In this document: one piece after another, positions 11,274 to 23,685 of the stretch
How positions within the stretch are numbered: the first letter of the stretch is position 1
How the letters are laid out: every line of letters begins with the position of its first letter
NCBI RefSeq assembly: GCF_006345805.1
Contig: NW_021835548.1
Coordinates: 1 to 39,567, forward strand
Source of the DNA: Octopus sinensis
Taxonomy: Eukaryota
Reading direction: 5' to 3'
Length of the DNA: 39,567 bases
The notes under the pieces: model-generated
Database searches by the model: none
Seen by the model: the letters and a program-made list of their open reading frames with translations, nothing else
What the model was told of the DNA's origin: nothing
Program-made: the position numbers and the translations under genes

Positions 11274-11417
11274 TACACTTCTTTTTGCCTCTTTAATTCA
11301 TCTACAAATATTACAATAATTCTCTTAATGTTTTTATTCATTTTCACTCAATTATTGTCTATATATAACACAACCTATACAGGAACGTCTGCCCCACCTT
11401 TTCGCAATACATTCATA

Positions 11418-11470
<53 letters not shown>

Positions 11471-11636
11471 TCACACATACATGTGTGTGTGTTGAACTTC
11501 AATAAGGGTACACATCTTAAAATATACAAATATAGCCATTGATTATTTATTAGTCTAGTATTTAAACTCAGAATATTATCACAAAACGATATTAATAAGT
11601 TCTATAAATCCTGCATATATATATATATATACACAC

Positions 11637-11712
<76 letters not shown>

Positions 11713-12141
11713 TATTGTTGTAGATAAAAAAACAATTTCAATTATACATCACTCGTAAAATGTTTGCTTCACATTCCTATATATGTGTGTGTGTGTCTGT
11801 GTGTGTGTACGTTTATATATATATATATATATATATAATCGTCATTCACGTTTACTGCCTTATTATTTAACACACTCACTGGTTCAATGTCCACTCATTT
11901 ACTTTAATTTTGCAAAAATTTTCGTTACGTCTTGCAACTTGTTCAATAGTCGTAAACCAGTGAGTGTTGTAAATAATAAGTCACTAAAAGAGAATGACTC
12001 ACCCGAGACACAACAGAATTGCTTCAACACACGAACTCACATAAAGAAGCTTGCAAACCAAATACCCAAAACGAAATATATATATATATATGTACACATA
12101 TATGATATATATATATATATATATGATATATATATAATATA

Positions 12142-12181
<40 letters not shown>

Positions 12182-12185
<4 letters not shown>

Positions 12186-12335
12186 AGAGTTTACGAAAAA
12201 AACAACAAAAGACGAAGACAGGTGGTGTACAAAACAAACAGATGTATTAGTATAGCGCTCAGGAATATAAAAAATCTTTTACGTTTCGAGCCTACGCTCT
12301 TCTACAGAAAGGGACACAGAAAACAAGGAGAGACA
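12182..12335 (-). repeat. Short dispersed repeat, Penelope-terminal-like; second copy at 38830-38985 (+)
   Basis: Shared gaagagcgtaggctcgaaac...ctaataca.ctg.ttgtt...acacc..t.ttcgtctt between the two loci. Confidence 0.6.
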
Positions 12336-12421
12336 AAATCTACGCATACACACACACACATATGTATACGTGCGTATATATGTATACTCACACACACAAC
12401 ACACACACACACACACACACA

Positions 12422-12462
<41 letters not shown>

Positions 12463-12525
12463 CATTTTCTACCTTGACTTATTTTCCTTATATATATCAA
12501 CTCATGTGTCCTTTTCAACCTTTAC

Positions 12526-12576
<51 letters not shown>

Positions 12577-12799
12577 TTATATTGTAATAGTGTATGTGTA
12601 TGTGAATGTGAGTAGTTTCGGAAAGTATTCAGCGCCAAGTCAGCAGCACGGTGCTTCTCTATTTCTTCCGAAATCAGTTCCTGACGAGTGTGAACCGATC
12701 TTTCGTATAAAACTTTGCTATGCACCGAACCTGGTGCTTTTAGTGACTTCCAGAAAATATCTAAGGCTAATGTATACATATACGTACATATACATATAC

Positions 12800-12832
<33 letters not shown>

Positions 12833-12933
12833 CGTGTGTGTGTGCGACTGTGTGTGTATGTGCGGGTGTGTATATAGATGGAAAGACAGACAGATTGATT
12901 GATAGATAGATAGATAGATAGATAGACAGACAA

Positions 12934-12949
12934 ATGATGATGATGATGG

Positions 12950-12985
<36 letters not shown>

Positions 12986-13397
12986 CAACGATGGTGATGA
13001 TGATGATGATGAGGAGGAGGAGGAGGAGGAGGATGTTGATGATGATTGCCACTTTACTTCTTTACAGAAGGAGGCCATTTCTTCAATTGATATAAACTGT
13101 CATGAGATCTTATATGACTTGCAAGTCCTGCTCTTGACAAACCAACCCTACTGCAGATCTTACAAATATTTTTAAGCAGTAAAGTGTCTTGGATTGTAGT
13201 TATGTCCTGACTACGAAGTGCATGTTTCAAGATCGATTGTTCAATTCTTCGAGCTTGAAATGCTTTACATCTATTGTTGATCATTTGTTTCCAAACCGAT
13301 CGATCTTGCGCTATCTGTTCCCAGTCTTCAATATTCACATTAAGATCCTTTAGGTTGCTTTTAGCAGTATCCCTAAAACCGTTTCTTAGGTTTCTCT
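12934..13397 (-). mobile_element. RTE-clade LINE 3' end with (ATC)n tail
   Basis: KPKKRF...DWEQIAQDRSVWK...CKICSRVGLSRAGLASHIRSH C-terminal motif, followed by an ATC/TCC microsatellite tail. Confidence 0.8.
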
Positions 13398-13712
13398 CTC
13401 GAGCCGATCAAAGTCTTGTGAGTGGATTTGGTAGACGATAACCCAAAGTAACCCGTTGTGTATATATATATATATATTTGAGTGTGTGTGCATGTGTGTG
13501 TGTACGTGTGTGTGAGAGTGTGTGTGTGTGTGTATTTGTGTGTCTTTGTTTGCCTCCTACGATCGCTTGACAACCGATGTGGTGTGTTTACGTTCAGGTA
13601 AATTAGCGCTTCGGCGAAAGAAAACGATAGAATAAGTCCTGCTCTAGGTTTTTTCGACTAAAGGCGGTGCTCCAGCAGGGTCGCAGTCACATGACTGGAA
13701 GATGTAAAAGAG
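13398..13712 (+). mobile_element. SINE family B, 5'-truncated
   Basis: ttgtgagtggatttggtagacg...cgactaaaggcggtgctccagca. Confidence 0.8.
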
Positions 13713-13787
13713 TATACAGATTTTTCCTTTCCTAAAATGTGTATGCATTTTTGGAGGACTCTGTATGTGCGTGTGTGTGTGTGTGTG

Positions 13788-13818
<31 letters not shown>

Positions 13819-14239
13819 TCTGTGTGTGTGTCCGCGTCTGTGTGTCTGTGTCTGTGTATGTGTGTCTGTCTGTGTGTCTGTGTCTGTGTGTCTCTGTGTT
13901 TGTGCGTGTCTGTGTGTGTATGTCTGGGTGTGTGTGAGTCTGTGTGTGTCTGTGTGTCTGAGTGTGTCTGTATGTCTGTGTGTGTCTGTGTCTGTGTGTC
14001 TGTGTGTGTATGTCTGTATGTGTGACTCTGTGTGTATATATGTCTATGTGTATGTGTATGTATGAGCATGATTAGATAGATTTTGGGCTATAGAAAAAAC
14101 TGATTTTGTTACAATTAGCAGCGAATTAAGAGAGAGTTTGTTTGTTTGTTTGTTTGTTTGTTTGTTTCTGCTTGTTTTTAAAACAATTACATTGATCACA
14201 TTGATTAAACGATTAAATTGATTACCCTCCTCTCCAAGC

Positions 14240-15222
14240 ACTACACTTGGCAAGAATTTGAACTCAGAACGTAAAAAGCAGGAAGAAATGCCGCTAAGAA
14301 TTTTGTGCGACGAACTAACGATTCTGACAGTCAATTCGTCGCCCTGGTAATCATAATGATAATTCTTTCTACCCTATTTTGTCCGGCGTGCTAACAATTC
14401 TGAAAGGTCACCACCCTAATAACAGTTACAATAAATCTTTCAAATATATGCACAAGGCCTGCAATTTTGTGGGTGGAGACTAGTCGATTACATCGACCCC
14501 AGTACTCGCCTGACACTTATTTTATCGTCCCCGAAAGGAGGAACAGTAAAGTTAACCTCGTAGTAATTTGAACTCAGAACGTAAAGACAGACAAAATACC
14601 GCAAAATCATTTTGCCCGGATTGTTAAGGATTTTGCCACACAAAAATAATAATAACCCTTCCTACGAGACGTTAAAGGTCTAAAAATTGTTGGGAGTAAC
14701 TAAATTGATCAAATCGACTGCAGTACTTGACTGGTACTTAATTCATCGACCTCGAAAGGATGAAAGGCAAAGTCTACCTCGATGGAATTTGAACTCAGAA
14801 CGTAAAGACAGACGCAATACTGCTAAGCATGTTGTCCAGCATGCTTACGAAATTTTGAGGGAGGGGTCCAGTCGATTATATCGACCTCAGTACGCAACTG
14901 GTACTTAATTTTATCGAACCCGATAGGATGAAAGACAAAGTCGACCTCGGCGGAATTTGAACTCAGAAGGTAACGGCAGACGAAATACCTATTTTTTTAC
15001 TACCCACAAGGGGCTAAACACAGAGAGGACAAACAAGGACAGACAAACGGATGAAGTCGATTATATCGACCCCAGTGCGTAACTGGTACTTATTTTATCG
15101 ATCCCGATAGGATGAAAGACAAAGTCGACCTCGGCGGAATTTGATCTCAGAAGGTAACGGCAGACGAAATACCACTAGGCATTTCACCCGGCGTGCTAAC
15201 GTTTCTACTAGCTCGTCGCCTT
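14240..15222 (-). mobile_element. Cluster of about 5 SINE family A copies or fragments in the same orientation
   Basis: Repeated gaatttgaactcagaa blocks near 14275, 14565, 14785, 14955 and 15140. Confidence 0.85.
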
Positions 15223-15394
15223 AAAATATTAAGAAATAACAAAAATCAAGTAAAAATATCCGTGTCTAACACAGTAATTACATACCTGTTGCCGAGTGTC
15301 GTTTAACTGTAAATCCGAAATCATTTTGTGATATAGAGGCCTTCATTCACATATATATATATATGTATATATTTATTTATTTATTTATTTATTA

Positions 15395-15660
15395 ATGCGC
15401 GGCTATAGTGAACCACCCACACACAAATACATGCGCGTATATCGAATGTCCAGTGCCTCTAAAACCGGAAGTAAATATAAGAATGACCTTGCGCCAGGTC
15501 ATTGGCGCCTGGCCGAACATAAAATTTTAAAGCCTTTCCCTGTTTACTTTCACCCACGCACAACGCGCGCGCGCGCGTACACAGACACACTGACACACAC
15601 CCATACACACATACAGATCAGACTGAGATATCAACAGCTGACCTTAAATAGGTCAAAGTA
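15395..15660. promoter_or_regulatory. Candidate promoter or enhancer: ETS site, CCAAT box, two everted nuclear-receptor half-site pairs, CpG-rich patch
   Basis: ACCGGAAGT 15464-15472; TGACCT-n6-AGGTCA 15484-15501 overlapping ATTGG; TGACCT-n5-AGGTCA 15639-15655; (CG)n run near 15565. Confidence 0.4.
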
Positions 15661-16314
15661 GTGCTCACCATCTTGGTGGTCATGGTGACGACGATGATGA
15701 TGATGATGGTGGTGGTGGTGGTGGTTTTTGCAGACAAAGGCAATGACTGCTGCAAGGGTTGTGGTTTGCATTGGTGACGCTGTGGCTGCTGTTGTTGTTG
15801 TTGTTGATGATGATGGTGATGATGATTATTATCATCATCATCATCATCACCATCATGAAGATCATGATGATAACATGGAACGACAATGATGAGGTTGCGG
15901 GGGAGTAGAAGATGAGGATAAGGGGGAGAGAATGATGGCATCTTTGTGTGTGGAAACTTTTAAATATTTATTTTCCTCGCGAACCTTCCAATGTTAAATT
16001 TATTCGTGTACATTTTAATGTTTTGACTGTTATTTCTAGCAATGTTTTGACATGCTGATGCTCGCCTCCCAATCCTGATGATGGAAGAGGCAGTGAATGC
16101 GCTGTTTTCTGATGGGTTAAAGCTTCTGAAAATTATCAAACTTCGAACACCTGGAACATTTTTGTAAAATTTTTTCTGGAATAAAAGAATAAAAGAATAA
16201 CGAGTTCAGGTTCAGCGAGAAGAATGACATCTTAAGAAAAAAAAATCAACTGTAAAAAAGAAAAAAATATTTAAAGATAATTGTAAACAGTGACGAAAAC
16301 CGCAAGGATACGGA

Positions 16315-16379
16315 AGATGTTAATGATGCTGACGATGGTGATGATGATGATGTGATGATGATGATGATGATGATGATGA

Positions 16380-16419
<40 letters not shown>

Positions 16420-16439
16420 TTGTTGATGACGATGGTGAC

Positions 16440-16470
<31 letters not shown>

Positions 16471-16487
16471 ATGATGATGATGATGAA

Positions 16488-16547
<60 letters not shown>

Positions 16548-16560
16548 GATGATGGTGACG

Positions 16561-16592
<32 letters not shown>

Positions 16593-16892
16593 GACGATGA
16601 TGATGATGATGATGATGATGATGATAGTGACGATGATGATGATGATGATGATGACGATGATGATAATGATGATGATGACGACGACGATGACGACGATGAC
16701 GACGGCGACGACGATGATGATGATAACGACAACGATTACGATGACGACGATGACGATGGTGATGGCGACGACGAAGATGACAACGACAACGACGATGATG
16801 TTGAGAATGATGATGATGATGATGATGACAACGGTGACGATGACGATGATTATGATGTTGATGAAGGCGATAGCGATGATGATGATGATGAT
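16315..16892. repeat. Long imperfect (GAT/GAC)n trinucleotide array
   Basis: Direct reading; explains the poly-H, poly-M and poly-S ORFs. Confidence 0.98.
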
Positions 16893-17519
16893 TATAGAAG
16901 TATTGCGAAGACGATGCTTGCTCTGCCAAACTTACCGTTTCTAGCAGCTTCCAGAGACAGCTCTGTGTTTCGCTTGTTAGCTTCACTCCGCAACTTGTTG
17001 TTATAGCATGTTGTTGTTGTTGTTGTTTGTGTTCTTTTGCCGTTGTCCCTGCCGGCGCTATCACACTCGGTGTTGTTTCGTCTCATTTTCAGCCTCATCA
17101 ATTTGACCATTTACATAAGACATTCGATCCGCGACCACCCCGTCTTTCCAGTGGCACTGAGAACAATATCCTCAAGAATGTCCTTCATTGTATTTCATAT
17201 GACAGTAATATATATGAGATGACAAGGATTTGACTGCTTCAACAACACACGTACAGGCTCCTTCTATGGTCCTGCTCATTATTGTTGCAGACTCGTGTTC
17301 TTGTGGATGTTTAGCTCAGATTAATCCTTAATGCGAACGACTTGGAATCAATAACGTAACAGTTATAGTCTGCTTGTGTTTCGGTACCCCAAGCAACACA
17401 TTCAATTAAGGGTTATTTATTTTTACGACAGAAATGTCTTTAGGGGTATTTGATTGCTATTTCTAGCAATTCAAACCACAGCATAAGACTGAAACCAGCA
17501 AAAGTAGAAGACTGTGCAA

Positions 17520-17872
17520 TACACACACATACATACATAATACATACATACATACATACATACATACATACATACATACATACATGCATGCATACATACA
17601 CACATACGTACCTACATACATACGTACGTACATACGTACGTACATACGTACATACATACATACATACATACATACATACATACATGCATACATGCATACA
17701 TACATACATACATACATACATACATGCATACATACATATATGCATACCTACATACATACCTACATACATACATACATTCATACATACATACATATATACA
17801 TACATACACACATACATACATACATACATACATACATGCATGCATACCTACATGCATACCTACATACATACC

Positions 17873-17906
<34 letters not shown>
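17520..17906. repeat. (TACA)n/(CA)n array
   Basis: Direct reading. Confidence 0.98.
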
Positions 17907-18199
17907 TTAATGTCATAGTTTTGAATTAGTGCAGTCGATAGTGCATCAGATAAACGCTTCGACGTATTCATTTGCTACTCTTCGCGATCAGGGTTCAAAT
18001 CAGGACGACTTCAGCTTCGCTTTTTATCATTTTTAATTCATTAAAAAAAGGGGACGCACCATTCCACTTCATTAAATTGGCAGAACTGTAGGATCATCCG
18101 ATTCGGATACCATGCGCTATTTGTTCACTCCCTCTTTGCGTTCTGAATTCAGATCCCGGCGTGGTGGTGATGTCGGTATTGAGGCTTTGCCGTATAACT

Positions 18200-19390
18200 G
18201 TTATGTCAATCTTGTTTATTTTTATGTTTTCTGATTTATTATGAGAGTTGCTTAATATGTTTTGCTAAAAGTTTTGTTTCTTTTCAGATATCATCAGGAA
18301 AAGGTAATTAAAATTCATTAAAATGACGGCTCTATCGGACTTTCAAAGAGTCAAATTGTTGGTGCTCGTATGGCAGGCGCTAGCGTAACGAACACAGCCG
18401 AAATGCTTGCTGTATCAAGAAGTACTATCTCAAAAGTAATGACAGCCTTTGAGAAAGAAGGAAAAACCTCCTCAGTGAAACAACTCCGTAAGAAAACCCA
18501 AACTTTCAGATAGGGACCATCAGACTCTTACGCGAATTCTTAGAAAGTATCACAAAAGTACAGCTCCCAAAATTATTGCAGAGCTTAATGACCACCGCGA
18601 GAACCCAGTTTCCACAAAAACTGCTCACCGGTAGCTGCACAAAGCCGGATTTCACGGGAGGACTGCAATCAGAAAACGACTACTTTCAAAAACAAATGTT
18701 GCAAAGCGTTTAGAGTGGAGTAAAATCCTACAGAATTTGTCCCAAGAGCAGTGGAAGAATGTTATTTTCTTGGATGCGTCATCCTTTAGCTTATTTCCGA
18801 CCACCGGCCAAGTATACAGTCAAAAGACAGTCAAAAGAAGCATTTGACACAAACTGCCTTCTTCGAACTGCTAAACATGGAGGAGAGTCTGTGATGATTT
18901 GGGTGGGGGGCTATATTTTGGAAATCCGCCAGCCCAATGGTTTCCCTTCATGGCAGAATTAATAGTCAAGTCTATCTAAGAATTTTATCTGATCAAATTC
19001 ATCCTATTATTGCAGAACTGTTTCCGGAGAAAAACGCAACCTTTGAGGATGATAATACACCAATTCACACGGCTAAAGTTGTTACTGAATGGCACGAGGA
19101 ACATTCTAGTGAAGTTGAACATCTTGTCTGGCCACCACAGTCCCTAGATCTCAATATTACTGGACATTTTTGGTGCATTTTAAAAAAACAAGTAAGGAGT
19201 CGATATCCTCCACCATCATCACTACAAGAACTGGAGAGTGTTTGAATTGGAGAATGGACAAAAATTTCTTTGGAAACAATTCAAATTTTGTACGATTCCA
19301 GCTTTAATTACTGCCAAAGGTGATCCTATCCCATATTAAAATAAATTTGTTTGAAATTTTAAGGTGTTTCCATTATTTTGTCCAACCCCT
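18200..19390 (+). pseudogene. Decayed Tc1-family transposon; transposase pseudogene about 18323-19339
   Basis: MTALSDFQR/QIVGARMAGASV N-terminus, KHGGESVMIW, FEDDNTPIH, WPPQSLDLNI motifs with frameshifts; right TIR-like end ggtgtttccattattttgtccaacccc. The left end was not identified. Confidence 0.9.
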
Positions 19391-20094
19391 ATAAGTGACT
19401 TGTTTCAATCAATTGGCTGCGGCCATTCCGGACCACCGCCTTAATTTTTCTCATATATAAGTTTATGTATGTATGTACTTGTGTGTGTAGGCGTATGTGT
19501 GTATGTGTGTGTGTGCGTGCGTGTGTAAGATCGCTGTTGATTTTTAGGTAGTCCGTATCATTACGCCTTTATTCAAGATGGTCACTGTCCCCTGACGCAG
19601 GGTGATCCTCTTTATCATTGACCGGTACGGTGGGAGCCTCTCGAAAAATACTTTCCATCAGTGGGCAGTAGGAAATGTCAACTTCCGGCAGACCTGTCAT
19701 TGATCAACAAAGGCTAAGTGTACTTCAATGACCTTTGCTGAAAATGCCTTCCAGAAAAAGAAACAAAATACAATGTCACCCAGAAGCTGTCTACATCAAC
19801 CGCTCCAAGCTTCCGCCTGCTCACCTCTATGTCTGGATGGACGACAATTGTTGGAAAACAAGTGAAAAGTACCGGAGAAGTTGGTTAATTTATTTAGATT
19901 ATTTATTGAAAACACAGCATTAGTGAAGAAATAAAACAAAGATGTGTGTTCGATAATCGGGAAAAAATTAAACTGATTTTTTCTGTTAAGTTAAACTGGG
20001 GGAAAGATATGAGAGATAGTGCTGAATGAGTACATATATATTATACATATATGCACACAAACATGTATTAAACCCGCCCCCATATGCGTGTATG

Positions 20095-20146
<52 letters not shown>

Positions 20147-20203
20147 TATATATAATATATATATATAAGGGGGATAAAATATATATACTATGCGAAAATT
20201 GAA

Positions 20204-20700
20204 TCACCCCAGAGGGCACTCACTAAACGAATTGAAGGCATGACTGATCTCGATTGCTGGGACCACCTTAAAGTCTTCAAACTCTACTCTCTCCAGCGCC
20301 GCAGCGAGCGGTACATCATTTGTACGATGTGGAGAATATACCGCCAGCATTGCCCACACGACATGAACATTAGTTTCAAGGTTCATCCAAGGCTGGGACC
20401 AATTCAGGATCACAACATATAGGTTCACTGCAACACCATTTCTTTTCCTCAACAGGCCCTGCCCTGTCTAACATTGTCCCAGGGAAAAGGATCCCATCAC
20501 CTTTAAACGGAGTCTGGACAGATTTCTTCAAGGAATACCAGACAAGCCACCCATAGCTGGATACAACTCACTCAACAAGAACTCTCTACTTGAATGGACC
20601 ATAAACAAAACTTGACTTAAAAAGGATTTAGATAATCCTATCAGGTGGTGCTATTAAGTTAGACATTGCGTAGGCCAATCTTTGGTCGAATCATATTTAA
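20204..20700 (+). mobile_element. CR1/L2-group LINE 3' fragment
   Basis: LKVFKLYSLQRRSERY and FKRSLDRFL motifs, typical of the CR1-like ORF2 C-terminus. Confidence 0.75.
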
Positions 20701-21149
20701 GTTTTTTTTCTTTTTTTATACGAGGTGCAAATAATATGTGATATATTTAGAAGAGAAGATCACACAAGGATAGATCAACTCGAAGTTCGCCTAGTGGCGG
20801 ATCGAAGTCAACTCCATTTAAAGTATATAAAAATAAACATAATCATATGTGTGTATATATATATATATATGGAGAGAGAGAGGGGGGGAATGTCCCTTGT
20901 ATTCAAAAACTATGGAAATATTTTAAAAAGACATTTAATTTAATTTTTACACAATATATATATATATAATATATATATATACATTGGCCTGCTCGCTTAG
21001 CCAGCGGGGTGGCGTCATTTGAAGGCTAAAACAATGCGAAGCGCATTGTGACCAGCGATGTGTAACAACATCTGATAGCCTGGTCGGTCACGGTGATCAC
21101 GGTGATATATATATATATATATGTATATGTATGTATGTATGTATGTATG

Positions 21150-21184
<35 letters not shown>

Positions 21185-21721
21185 CACATATGTATGTATA
21201 TATATATATATATAATAGTGTGTTTCTGTGTATCGATGTCTGTGTCCTTGTATTCGACAAGCGGTGTTGGTGTATTTATGTTACCGTAACTTGCAAGGAA
21301 CCGATACAATAAGTAACCGTCTTTAAAATACTAAGTAAAGAATTACGCTCTTTAATTCATTCGACTAAATATTCTTGAAGGTGGTGCCCCAGCATGGCCG
21401 CAGTCTAACAACTGTAGAAAGTAAAATATAAATAGATAGACAGATAGACTTCTCTATATATATACACACTCATATCAAAATAAAGTTATAATTTATCAAT
21501 GGAACAGAATCGTATTGAATACATTGTGAATAATGATATTTTCACTTTACAATCAATATAGATACAGAGAAATCGATGAATAAAAGTAGATCTCATAACC
21601 TTCAGGCCCCGAGGTTACGTTCCTTGTGACGGAACTCGGGCGTTTCCGGCAGACTGACCTCAAGGACACCAGCTGTGGGTCAGTTTCTTGTTATTGTAGC
21701 GTGGATATGTGTGTGTGTGTT

Positions 21722-21754
<33 letters not shown>

Positions 21755-21931
21755 TGTGTGTGTGTGTGTGTGTGTGTGTGATTGTCTGTGAATGTGTTTG
21801 TTTGTTTGAGTATGTATGTGTGTTTGTATGTATGTATACTTATTTTTCTATATATGTACACACACATATGTGTAAATGGTTAGATAGATAGATAGACAGA
21901 GAGATAGACAGACAGACAGACAGACAGGTAG

Positions 21932-21969
<38 letters not shown>

Positions 21970-22522
21970 TGAGAGAGAGAGAGAGAGGCAAGAAATAGGA
22001 AACGTTGGTTGTAATGGAGAGAAGTGTGTTGGCGACAGAAGTTTTACTGCAGGTAAAGTAATAAACAATAAACGTAACGAAGGTAAAACAAATAAAAAAT
22101 AAAAGCGTAGACAGGGAGGGAGTGGCATGGACGGCGAGGCAGTAAAGTTTTGTTAAAGATGTACGTTGAATAAATGGAGAGAAAGAAGGGGAGTGTAATA
22201 GAGGGAGTGGCACGAAGAAAAGGAAAGTCTGGGTGATAGAAATGAGAAAGAGAGACAGAGAGACAGAGAGAGAGACAGAGAGGTGGGAGAGAGTGTGAAG
22301 GATAAGGTGAAAGGAGGGGTCTTTTTTATGATGAATGGAGAATAAAAGAAAAAAAAACAAAAATAACAAAATAAAAATAACACTATAAAAACAGAAAGAA
22401 AGGCTTCCGTTAATTTTTATAATTTTGTGACTCAAAGGTGACGTTCCTTGTGGCGGAACTTGGCTATTTCCGCCAAACTGACCTCAGGGACGCCAGTCAC
22501 GGTTGATTTTGTGTTTAGTGAA

Positions 22523-23035
22523 GGGTTGTAGCTAAATGGTTAGCGTGTTCTGCACGCCGGGCGAAATGCGTAGCCGTATTTCGTCTGCCGTTACGTTCTG
22601 AGTTCAAATTCCGCCGAGGTCGACTTTGCCTTTCATCCTTTCAGGGTCGATAAATTAAGTACCAGTTACGCACTGGGGTCGATGCAATCGACTTAATCCG
22701 TTTGTCTGTCCTTGTTTGTCCCCTCTGTGTTTAGCCCCTTGTGGGTAGTAAAGAAATAGGTTAGCGTGTTCTGCTCACGTTCGTAGATCGAGGGTTCGAT
22801 TCCCAGGTTGTTCCAATTGCACTCAGTTAGCAGGAATGATTTTTTACCTGTCGTACGAAAGGGCAACCCTTTTTTGCGTTTCTCTGTCACATTGAGTCTC
22901 ACTGAGAATTAAGTTGAGGGGCGGCCGTGTGTGTCTATGGAGTACTCAGCCACTTGCACGTTAATTTCACGAGCAGGCTGTTGCGTTGAACAAATCTGCT
23001 GGAACACTCGTCGTCGTAACCGACGGAGAGCCAAT
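22523..23035 (+). mobile_element. SINE family C interrupted by a family A insertion
   Basis: Removing 22554-22774 rebuilds a tRNA-like head gggttgtagctaaatggttagcgtgttctgctcacgttcgtagatcgagggttcgattccc; the tail matches 25625-25720. Confidence 0.75.
22554..22758 (+). mobile_element. 5'-truncated SINE family A inserted in the head of a family C SINE, 16-bp TSD
   Basis: TSD ggttagcgtgttctgc at 22538-22553 and 22759-22774. Confidence 0.9.
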
Positions 23036-23270
23036 ATTGTTGTTGTTGTAGTAGTAGTTTTTTGTTGCTGTTGTTGTTGTTACTGTTGTCGCTATTGTTG
23101 ATGTTGATGTTGTTGCAGTTGTGATTGTTGTTGCTGTCGTTTTTGTACTTTTTTCTGTACTACATATCTTTCATCTACAATAACACTGGGGCATTGGTTG
23201 ACTTGAAGGATATTTAGCTGCTATTTCTAGATAATCGTTTGACCGTGATGAAGTTACTACTTGCAACCAG

Positions 23271-23492
23271 GGCGAGCTGGGAGAACCGTTAGCACGCCGG
23301 GCGAAATGCTTAGTAGTATTTCGTCTGTCTTTACGTTCTGAGTTCAAATTCCGCCGAGGTCGACTTTGCCTTTCATCCTTTCGGGGTCGATTAAATAAGT
23401 ACCAGTTACGCACTGGGGTCGATGTAATCGACTTAATCCCTTTGTCCTTGTTTGTCCCCTCTACGTTTAGCCCTTTGTGGGCAATAAAGAAA
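23271..23492 (+). mobile_element. SINE family A, full length
   Basis: Closely matches 674-908 from head to the aataaagaaa tail. Confidence 0.9.
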
Positions 23493-23685
23493 CAAGAATT
23501 TAAGATGATGAATTAAAGTCGGTCATATCCTTCGATATAATACCATGGGGTGTCCCTTCAAGGTGAGGAGCTGGCAGAATCCTTAGTGCGCCGGATAAAA
23601 GCTTCGCAGCATTTCTTGCGGCCCCGACGTGCTGAATTCAAATCCTGTAATAAATTTATTACGTCTTTCTAAAAATATATATATA

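Noticed and set aside
12681-12715. CTGACGA hammerhead-like core (also CTGATGA near 7994, 16075 and 32707)
   Set aside because: No correctly placed stem II and GAAA follow.
14240-15222. Regularly recurring repeats that look like a CRISPR array
   Set aside because: The units are fragments of a dispersed SINE with no unique spacers, there are no cas genes, and the context is eukaryotic.
16246-17064. Poly-His, poly-Met and poly-Ser ORFs
   Set aside because: These are translations of a (GAT)n microsatellite with no codon diversification.
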